A stretch of 63,091 nucleotides of DNA, counting the filler, from Reticulomyxa filosa (lineage: Eukaryota; Protista; Foraminifera), in NCBI GenBank assembly GCA_000512085.1. It is 15 parts of 15 records of this genome, joined end to end, with 100 filler letters (N's around TTAATTAATTAA, not from the genome) between each part and the next. Parts side by side here need not be neighbours in the genome. Positions count along the whole stretch, not along the records: positions 23,439 to 28,388 come from ASPP01003111.1; positions 28,489 to 31,064 come from ASPP01015647.1; positions 31,165 to 35,987 come from ASPP01011318.1; positions 36,088 to 37,254 come from ASPP01049204.1; 11 more parts are not named here. One strand, 5' to 3'. Each line of letters begins with the position of its first letter. The stretch's first letter is position 1. A program made the position numbers and the translations under genes. Under the pieces are notes generated by a model. That model was not told the DNA's origin. It saw nothing but the letters and a program-made list of their open reading frames with translations, and made no database searches. This document shows positions 26,401-36,998 of the stretch, in pieces.

Positions 26401-28339
26401 AGCGACTGGAAATGATGAAATTATTGGCTTTGAGTTTGTTTTGTTTTGTTTTGACATTCAAACTTGTCTCAAACTATTCTTTTTATTAAATCGAACATGC
26501 TTTGTATATAACTGTTGGAAATACTGATCAGATTGGAGTCATGGGACGCCAATGCCACCGATGGCTCTCTTGGAGGAAAACGCTTATTTGAAGCGCAAAA
26601 TGGAAGAGGCTATTTTACTCGTCGAAAATCAATAGCCGATGTGGTAAGGCCGCAAATCAAAAAGGATGGCTATGCCAAATTAAAGGGGTTGCAAAGCATG
26701 GTCAACTTCAACGGTCGAGTGGTAAAGCTAATTGAATACGTGCCCGAAAAACAAAGATGGAAAGTGCGATTGATTGGAGGGAAAAAGAAAGATAAGAAAA
26801 GTTTGGGAGTGAAAGAAGAAAATTTGACACCAACATTGGACTGGGAAATACTTCCTGCTCTTGGCTCCAGCAGCACGCACTTGACGAGAGCGCCCATGAT
26901 TGGTGATCGTGTGCGCACCAAAAATGGAAAAACTGGAATTGTCCGATTTGTGGGAGAAGCAGAGTTTGCGAAAAACCAGATTACGATTGGGTTGGAATTG
27001 GATGAGTGGAGTCCATCAGCACACAATGGTACATTGGACAAAGAGTATTTCAAATGCAAAGAGGGACACGGTTACTTTACGAGTTTGGAAAATTTGATTG
27101 CCAATTTAGGGCAATTTGATGAAAACCAACCCAACGCTCCACCTTTGCAAAAATCTGAATTTAGAGTTGGTGACAAAGTCAGATTGGCCCGCGGAAAAAT
27201 TGGAGAAGTCAAATTCATTGGAGTCACCGATTTCAGCAAAGGTGAGGAAATTGTTGGACTGGAATTGTCCCAATGGACTCAAGGAGCACACGACGGAAAG
27301 GTGAGTGGTAAGGAATATTTCAAAACAAAGAAAGGCCGTGGTTATTTCACTCGCAAGGCATCCGTGGCAAGTATTGTGTTATCAGATGCGGTGCTCAATA
27401 GTGAGAAAAATGCAGACAATGATGATACTAACAACAACAACAATGATAAGAAAGGCGTCAGCAAAGCACGAATTCGTCGTGAAGCTAACAAAATGAAGAG
27501 CAAAATCCATCAGATATTGGTATTGGAAATGCGCGAAGCGAAAGGAGAAAAATTAACCCCTTATCAAATAGACGAAATCAAACAGAAAGCAAAATATTTG
27601 CAAAGACTAAACGATTTGGAAAATGGCAACATTGATCTTGAAGCGGAAGATAGGGAAAAAAAGGAACAAGACAAAAAGAAACGCAAGCATTTGTTAGAGA
27701 GAAAAGCCACAATGGATTTGACCGCAAAGAAATGGAAAGTCCCCGTTAAAGTGGATGATTTGGTGAAATTGGAAAATGGAGACACTGGCGTGGTGAAATG
27801 GATTGGCAAAGTAGCATTTCTTCCCGACGACATCATTGGGTTACTGATGGACCAAAGCAATCCTAATTACCACACCGGCGAATTAGAAGGCAAAGAATAT
27901 TTCAAAGCGCCAAATCATCGAGGATACTTTGCATTGGCCGAAGAAATCGAAGAAAACATGGGCACGACAAAGCGTTCTCGTCGTCGAAAATCTGTCAATT
28001 TGACCGAAGAGAATAAGAGCGAGAAAAATGTAAAGATTGGAGATGTTGTGCAGACAGCCGAAGGATCTGGGAAAGTTGTTTGGATGGGCACAGTGACTGC
28101 AGGAGACGAAGAGAAAACAAATGAAGAAATGCTTGGCGTGGAATTGGAATCCTTTAGTGCCAATGCCAATGACGGATCGGTTGAGGGAACAAAGTACTTT
28201 GATAGCAAACAAGGACGTGGTATGTTTGTACGTACGCAGTCGGTTCAACTCGATCTGAATTCCGATTTTGCAAAAAGTCAACTGGAAAATGCGGTAATGC
28301 CAGGAGATCGAGTCAGAACAGACAGAGGCTATACAGGAG
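23439..28339 (+). CDS. Giant multi-CAP-Gly protein (at least 13 domains plus one partial), truncated at both contig ends
   Basis: Repeated (I/V)GDRV..G.V.(F/Y)IG...GxELDxW....DG...G..YF....GxGxF. Three ORFs are joined in frame by GT-AG introns 25091-25202 (phase 1) and 26434-26531 (phase 2). Confidence 0.95.
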
Positions 28340-28564
28340 TTTTGAAACTATATTAACTGATTCTTTTTTTTTCACCAAAAAAAAAAAANNNNNNNNNNNN
28401 NNNNNNNNNNNNNNNNNNNNNNNNNNNNNNNNTTAATTAATTAANNNNNNNNNNNNNNNNNNNNNNNNNNNNNNNNNNNNNNNNNNNNAGAAAAAAAAAA
28501 AAAAAAAAAAAATCATCCAAGAGACAAAAAAACAAACAAACAAAACAAAAACGACGAAAATTAG

Positions 28565-31003
28565 ACAGAACGAAAAGAGCGAATTCGTAGTCTGTTAGTG
28601 CAAATAGGAGAAAAGAATAACAATAAATTGGAAGAAAATTTGGATCAATTGAGCAAAGTGTTATTAATAGATATTGCCAATTATCGTAAATTTATAATAA
28701 CCTCTCTTTTTGAATGGTATTAATTTGTGAGTTTGTTTTCATTTATTGATTTATTTATCTATCTATCTTTTTTTTTTTTTTTAAATTAACAAACAAACAA
28801 ACAAACAAAAAATGTAGCATTGCCCACATTGGTGTAAAAATCCCAATTTACGCGACATTGATTGGGCTGATGAATTGTGCGCAAGCCGAATTTGGAGAAG
28901 AGTGTGTGCGTCAATTGATTCATGAGATTGAAATTGTATTGATTCCGACAATTCAATCGCAAAAGCGAATAGAGGATAATGCAAGTGCAAGTGCAAGTGC
29001 GGACTCGAGTGCAAGTGGAGGAGATGCAAGTGCGAATGCGAGTAATGCGAATGCGAATAATGCGAATGCGAATGAAAATAGTGGTACTGTGCGTCGTAAG
29101 TTACAAAATATAACATCATTGTCAACATCTTCATCTTCATTATCATCATCTTCATCATCTTCTGCAACTTCTGGACCCAATGAAAACACGGATCGAATTC
29201 CATCATGGATATATCCTTTTGATAAAGATATTGACAATGTCATCTCGCTCATCTCCAAAAATAATAGCAACACCGACTTTGTGGTGGATTGGAATCGACT
29301 GCGACTCTTGCTGCGCTTCGCCGTGTGCTTGGCACACTGTCACGTTATCTCCTCGTCGAGTGTCCTCGACATGCTGCGTCTCTTTGTCAGCCGAGTTGTG
29401 GCCACCAACAGTGGAGACAGCTCCATCCTTCACAATGAATCCGAGCTGTTTGTCGTCAATCGCTTTATCAAAGAGCACGTGGTTTATGTTGTCATTTCAA
29501 GTTTATTGTGGGTATGCTATTATATATATATACATATATACATATATAGTGTACATATACATATATATATATATATGTATATAGTGCATATGTATATATA
29601 AATGGATTTATTATAATAGGGAGGAGAATATCTATTGGCTGGTAACAGCGATAGCTATCAGGAAGTAATAAAGGATTTAACCGAGTACATGGAAGAATAC
29701 TCTGGCCATTACAACAATCGCGAGAACGAAACTGAACGTGAGCGATTGCACTCTTTCAATCACAAAGTCGATGTTTTGTCCAATGCATGGAGTGCCCTTT
29801 TGTCCTTGTCTCAGTCTCAGTCTCAGTCTCAGTCTCAATCTCAATCTCAACCTCAGACTCAGCCCCGTCATTCCGTCATGCAAAAAGACGAGGATGAATC
29901 TTCACATTCCACGGCGTGGCAACAACAACAGCAACAAGCCGCCAATGAAAAAACACAAGAACCCTTTTCCAATGATCTTTCTGTCGGAGATAACTTGAAT
30001 GACATTAATACACCCGAGGGTGTGTATATAATGCATATACATATACAAATATAAGATTAAAAATGAAATGGATGGAATAAATAAATATATATACACACAT
30101 ATTTAGGAAGAGGAACAGAAACTGTTGACGATCATCACACACTGAATGTTGAACGAATACAGAGTCCTTGGCAAGGGTTCTCTCGACTAAAAAATTCGTC
30201 ATTGCACTCTTTTCGATTGTATTATTTTCCTGATTTGGTATATAATTATATACACATATATATATATATATATATATATATTTGTATATGTGTGCATATA
30301 TGTATATGGTATATGTTTTGTATTGTATGGAATACAGAGTAATATTGAAGTGAAGATACGTCCAGTGTGGCTTGAATTTGGAATCCCCGAGTTGTTGGAT
30401 ATGAAAATTACCAGTTTTGCTTTTTCTCAAATAAATTGATACAATATATACATATGTATACACATATACATATATATATATATATTTTTTATTTTTTTTT
30501 TGAATAGAAAACATTCGTGAAAACGTGCCAAAAGCAGAACAAATAATCGTGTCGGAACACATCCATGATATATTGTATTATTTTGTTGACAGCGCACAAG
30601 TGTGTGCAGATCAACTCATTTACTTACCTTCTTCCTTTCAAAATCAATACTTGGTTGTGGAGGCCATTTTTTGCAATATGCTCAAATTGCCAGAGTCCAT
30701 TCAGCCATTTATATTTTATGCCAAAATTATTGTAGGTAATCAAGCGTTTTTGTTTTTGTCTTTATTTTTATTTGTGGAGGGGGGGGGAGGACAGATTTAA
30801 AAATAATAATAATAATAATAACAATAATAATTAATAGAACTGTTTCGAAAACAAGCAAAAGTGTGGCCTCGTGTGGTTGGGCCCGTTATCAACAAATTAT
30901 TCCACGAAATCGATAAATTAGATGCAGAATGTAGAGATCGATTAGCCGATTGGTTTGCCTTCCATTTGGAAAACTTTAATTTTCAATGGCCGTGGCAAAA
31001 CTG
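28565..31003 (+). CDS. NCBP1: Nuclear cap-binding protein subunit 1 (CBP80), multi-exon, partial
   Basis: LEENLDQLSKVL..., KIPIYATLIGLMN..EFGEECV, LLRFAVCLAHCHVI and CRDRLADWFAFHLENFNFQWPWQNW match CBP80 MIF4G motifs. Intron 28717-28817 splices in frame. Confidence 0.92.
29808..29862 (+). repeat. (TCTCAG/TCTCAA)n hexamer repeat encoding an SQ tract inside NCBP1
   Basis: Tandem repeat read directly; translates SQSQSQSQSQSQSQPQTQ. Confidence 0.9.
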
Positions 31004-33065
31004 GTATGAATAAATGAGCAAATAGTGCAAATGACATAAACAAATATATACACATATATATACANNNNNNNNNNNNNNNNNNNNNNNNNNNNNNNNNNNN
31101 NNNNNNNNTTAATTAATTAANNNNNNNNNNNNNNNNNNNNNNNNNNNNNNNNNNNNNNNNNNNNTTGATATATTTATAATAAATATATTTATATTTTATT
31201 TATATGTATATATTTTCTTTATTAATATTGTTTAATATTTATTTTGTTGTTGCATTAGTCATCTTCGTCGATTTTGATATTTAATACATTTTCATTTTCG
31301 ATCGATATTGTCTTTTGTTGTTATATAATGAATAATATTTTTATTAACTCAATTTTATAATTTTTTATTTTTATTTTTATTTTTATATAATAAATATAGA
31401 TAACCAATCAATTACTTGTATTATCTATAAAAAATACTTTTATATTTAATTAATGTTTTCATCAATAATTGACATTATATTCAAGTCACTATCATGTTTA
31501 TAGACACTTTCTACATGATATTGCAAGTTTCCTGCATTATATGTGAACTGTGATATTTGTTTGATAATGCATATAAGTCTCCGACCATATAAATGTGACT
31601 GTATATATTCAATTCGTACATTCGAAATTGATCTCCATGCTCGCGATTTGAGATTTGACTGTAAATTATCATTAGTATCCAGAGTAAGAATCACGATTCA
31701 CACACAATCTTGTCTTTTTTATTTTTTTTCATTTACATACATTTCATCTTCTCTTTATGTTATGAATTTTCTTTTGTAGACAACTCTCTATTCATTACGT
31801 ATCCGATTGGATTTGTCGTAATTGATTTTGCATTGTGGTTGTTGTGACGTATTATTGTGTATCATTCTGTAAAATTGGATGTGGTGGAATTTGTGGGTTG
31901 AGTTTGCTTTTGTTGTGAGATTGTAACATATGATTATTGCTTTTGGTCGGATTAGTTTTATGATATTTAAAAAAATTTTAGCGAGACCATCGTTTTTGTG
32001 GTTTTTTTCTGTTAGTACTGAAACAATGAACACCTTACTATTTTGGCTTCGAAAAAGGTAAAATTTTTTTTATTTTAAAAAAAGGATATGATAAAACTAA
32101 AAATTGTGTTAAAATTTGTTTTCAGTCACAAAAAAAAAGGGTGTTACTAGACTTTGAAACTGAAATTTCGCAGAATGCAAAGAAAAGGGCATTTCAGAAA
32201 ACATCCTGGAACAACTAACTTTGGACTGTACTTCTAAGCGACGAAGCTTATAGCAAACAACTTACTTGAACACACAGTAACTGACCCTTGTATAGAACGT
32301 TTTTATGTCACTCAATAATGAAATTCTTTTGGTATGAAAAGAAAAACTACAAATTTAAAAAAAATGTTTTCATTTTTTTATACTATTAATTGTTTTTTTT
32401 GATTAATCAGCTTTTTTTGTAATTTTTTTCTTTTCATGTTTAGAGCATTACATCATTTGTCATATTCTCTTTTTTAAAAAAAATATTTTGAGCGAACACT
32501 CTATTTTTTTGTAATTAGTTTTTATGTTATTGTTTTCAAATATTGAGAAAACAAGCTCCACTTATATACTTGCAATTATCCGTTAGCACGCAAACGGCTG
32601 ATCCAAAACAGCAACAAGATCACAAAAAAACAAAAACAAATCAACGAAATTCGAGTAATGTGTCAGGAAGCAATTTAGTCTTATTACTTGTCGCTCCTTA
32701 ATTTTAATTTGTTTTTTTAATTAGGTTGAACAAGTTTATCTTCATTTTAGCAGTAAAGCTTTTTTTTTTTTCTACTAAACATAAAGAGTTTTTTTCTTTA
32801 CAAACCCACAGTTAGAGCGACGATTAGAGAAAAAAAATTATTAAACTTTGGCGGACAAAGAAAGACTACCACTTTCTAAAATTCCAGTTTTGATATTATT
32901 TTTAAATCTACAATAATGTTTTGGCTTTCATTTTGTATTCTGCAACTTTTGTCAAATACAGCTTTTGACTGTAATGATCCAAGAAAAGAGTAAATTAGGA
33001 TGCAAATTTGATCCACACTGACAAACAACACATTAATAATAATTTTTTTTATTATGACCCAAAGT

Positions 33066-35542
33066 TCATATTACCTTACCCAACTCGGAACTCTTAAACG
33101 CAGCCTCATCAAAATAATGTGTTGTTATGACATGGTTGTTGAAAGTACGTCCTGCTAGGTTTTGCATGCAAACTTTTGCGTCTGCCGTACTTTGATATTC
33201 AAGAAACACCCGCCCACAACCATTTTCCCCTTTTTTTGGTATGACAATTGACAGCAAGTTGCCATACTCTTGGCAAGTATTGGCAATATCTTCCTTAATG
33301 TCAAGGTATTCTTTGTGATCCTCGAGTTCTGATTCTTGAACCATATTAAGTAAGAGTATAATGCGAGATGCATTTTCTTTGTTGTCCGATCCGCTGGTGT
33401 CATCATCTTTGTGCAGCTTGTCTTCATTATTTATTTCCTTCACTTCGTGTTCGACATGGTAAGGAAGCCCAACAAGACCACCGTTGCCAGTGGGGTTTGT
33501 AAGTGCACCCGCACTGGCCCGTGTTATGGATGTAGCTTCGGTCATCTTTTGTGAAGCAGCTTGTTGCATTTGTACCTTGGCAAATAGCTCTGCGGGCGAA
33601 GAAGGCTCCAGAAACTTTAAGTAAGCATCAACTCCATCTGTACACACGCGATCTTTGTTATTCCTAACAGGAAACGTGACAAGTGGCAAAGAGCAGAAGA
33701 GAAGAAAAAAGAGGGGAAGGGAAAAAAGGAGGAGAAAGACAAAAAAAAAAAAAAGAGAAAAAAATAACATATAGATTTAACGTAGAATATGAGGGGGAGT
33801 TTAGATACAAATCTAGCGAAAGAGAAAAAAAGTTCACTTCGAATTTTTTTTTAAAAAAAAAGGAGAGAGACTCAACCGCAGTCTTTTTGTGAATCAATAT
33901 CCGGGCCAGGAAGTATATAATTACGCAGGTCTTCGGAAGGCAGTTTGTAATCCATGGGCCGGCCGAAGCGCAAATGACGACCACCCAACTGTAGACTTTC
34001 AAACAAGGACAAGCAGAGAGTGGTGTCCCGGACACTTCGCATCTCCATGAAGCCAAAGGTACGATCCCCATGGATCCAAATGGATACAATCGGGTTGGGA
34101 GTGTTCACTCCAAGTCCTTTGCAACACTGCGTAAAAAAGTCACACAGCAGCTGCTCAGTGAAAGGGACATCAATGGGCAGATTCCCAACATACAACCGCC
34201 GAGCTGGCTTTGTGATTTGTGGATACATTGCTTCTCTTTGTTCCTTCATGGCATTGCTGGAAAATGACTAATATCCACGTCCGTCGCGCACGAAGGCAAT
34301 GACAAGAATGAATTCGCCGCTGTTGCTGTTGCCGCTGTCGCTGCTGTTGTCGAGTTCTTCAATAGCAGCAAGCGATTCAACAAGGGGTTCATCATCCCAA
34401 ACGGGTTCACTTTCGTGGCCATTGCTGCCATGTTCAATCCCGACATCCCCGACAACAAAGGGTTTGTTAATGCAGCTGCTGCCGCCGCCGCAATCGCCAG
34501 TGTGTTCGGATTTGGCATCAACAACATGTCTGTGTTCATATTTCCCAACTGATTGCGCTGCAAAGCAGTATGCGTATTTGATGAGGATAAGAATGAAGAT
34601 GAGGACGGGAGTGGAGACGAGGAGGATGCTGATGTAGACATGTATTTATTTGTGTTATCATTACTATTATTATTATTATTATTATTATCATTTCGAATAG
34701 TAGTATCCAAATGAACCAACTTTTCTTGCGTTTCTTTGTTTTGTCCCCATGGCATGTGTTGCACATGTTCCATTTCTCTTCTTTTTTCATTGGATTGTCT
34801 CCTTGTCGTTTCCTTTGGCTTGTCTGCTTTTTTTTTTCTTTTTTTTCTTTCGTTGCTTTCGACCGCTCATCTTCACGATCACCCCTACTTCTGCTCTTGC
34901 TATTGCTACTGCTCTTGTCGTGGTTGCGCTCTCTTCGGCGCTCATTTCTCTGGCTTTTGTGTCCTGCTCTCATCGATCGTGAACTTCGCTCCTCCGCTTT
35001 CAACGAGGAACGTGAATGGCGACCGGATGACACATGTCTTTTTTTTGTCAAAGTAGTTTTTTTTTTGGCTGCTCCCTGCGAGCGGAATTGCGCCGCGAAG
35101 AAAAAAAAAAAAAATGACAAATAAAAAATAACATAAATAACTACTTGTAAGCAAGTCGAATGAGAATAAAATCAAAACATTTTTTAATTTTAAAAAAAAA
35201 TTAAAAAATTTGGCTGAAGAAAATAAACAAACCTTTTTTTCTCGTGCTTGATTTGTTGGTACGCTTGTGTCCACGACTTCGGCTGCAACTTCGACTTTTG
35301 TTTCGTTGCTTTGAATCCCGTTCTTGCATCTTCCTCTTTTGCAACTCTCTTTCCGTATCTCCTCTGTCTTTGTCCTTGTCTTTATCTTTGGTTTTGTGTT
35401 GGTTTTTGGGTGACTCTTTGCTGTGACGTGAATCCTTTTGTTTTTGCGACTTTTCCTCTCTTGATATTTTTACATGATCCCGTTTTTCTTTATTATCTGA
35501 TTGTTGTATCTCTGATGATTTTTCAGTTCTTGCTGGATGCAT
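33066..35542 (-). CDS. U2AF2: U2AF large subunit-like splicing factor (RS-rich N-terminus, RRM1, C-terminal UHM; no visible RRM2)
   Basis: ARRLYVGNLP...FGFMEMRSV...LRFGRPMDY matches U2AF65 RRM1. LLLNMVQESELEDHKEYLDIKEDI...GCGRVFLEY...LAGRTFNN matches the UHM. The N-terminal exons are SR/charged. Frameshift in the A run at 34261-34264. Confidence 0.85.
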
Positions 35543-36762
35543 CCTCCTTTGGAAATATATATATCCAAATCCCCCTTTTTAAAAGTAACTTTCATAATTT
35601 TTGAACCTTACTTCAAGTGCTTAATTTAAAACTGTATGTACAAACTTGCTGTTAAATATACAGCGTATATTCTATTTTTTCACTGTCAATAACCTGTATG
35701 CGTCTTCGCTCTTCTAATTCACTGTTAAAAAGGCTACTTCAAATTCGCAAACTTATGACGAAACAACAAATGTGTATAAGAATTAGCTCATTTTTATCTA
35801 ATAACTAAAGCCATTTTTACTGTCGTTGCGTATATTCAACTAAACTATTCATTTCATAGTTTTGATTTGTCATTAGCAGATTTAAAAAATATCGTAGTTT
35901 GCAAAAAAGATATAAAGATTTTTTTAAGCAAATTTGTTTGGTATCTTTTCGTTTTTGAACTTTTTTATTGGTTTTTGTAAAATGACANNNNNNNNNNNNN
36001 NNNNNNNNNNNNNNNNNNNNNNNNNNNNNNNTTAATTAATTAANNNNNNNNNNNNNNNNNNNNNNNNNNNNNNNNNNNNNNNNNNNNGTCCAAGAGCATT
36101 TTAATGATGGACACTCAAGAGTTGTTATTCTGTAAATTTATTTTTCTGCTTTTTGTTTGGATAACTATATCTACTTTAACTTGTTTTTGTTTGCGTTAGA
36201 GCGAATAGCAGTGTTGAGTGAATGACGAAGCAAGGAGTAGTCGGACACCTTCACGCCCTCCCGTGCAAAAACTTAAAAAAAAAAAAAAGAATAATGGCTA
36301 TAACCAAATGCAAACTTTCCTTCTTCTTGCTTTCCTCGCTCGGAGCCATCCTCGCGTTGTGTCTCCGCACATGTTAATCCGCCATTTAGTTTTCCGGTCG
36401 ACATGAATGGAATGTATTTGACATCTTGCCCTTCTCTTTTGTCCGGTGTGGCTTTTAGTTTGCCAAAGAGGGATATTTTTTTTTTCAACACAGAGCAATG
36501 GAATCCACGACATTTAGTAAACGCAAGATCATTTGTTTAAGATTTGAATCAATTTCCATCAATTTAAATGACTTTAATGTTTTTCTTTTAATTATTTTTG
36601 TAATTTGTGATGTTCTTTTGTTTTTTATTTTCTTTTGAGTACTGTGTTCTATTTCTTAGAACGAGGTACTCTTAACTAGAAAGACATGAGTTTGTGCATG
36701 TAGAGAGGCAAAAAGCAGTGTGAGTTGAGGATGAAGCGAGATAGTATTCCAACATAGTGTGC

Positions 36763-36998
36763 AAGAATCATCGACCAATTGCATTGTTATCAAGCGTTGG
36801 TAAAAGAATCATCACAAGGAGATTAATGTGGTGAGACAATCCACAAGTCTTTCGATTGTAACTGTCACTTATGCAGTGTTATTTCTGCGGCATATGATAT
36901 AAAATAAGAAACGAATTCCAACTAGACGGAAGATTATTGTCATTCAACAACCTATTCAGTGTGGTATGTTCGCTGATGATGTGGCATTGTGGACATAG
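36763..36998 (+). mobile_element. Degenerate non-LTR retrotransposon reverse transcriptase remnant
   Basis: KNHRPIALLSSVGK at 36763 (cf. YRPISLLSxxGK) and IQCGMFADDVALWT* with FADD at 36969-36980. The segment between them is much shorter than in an intact RT and contains stops. Confidence 0.8.

Noticed and set aside
31165-32040. Short minus-strand ORFs in very AT-rich DNA
   Set aside because: No recognisable motif; they cannot be told apart from decayed or non-coding sequence.
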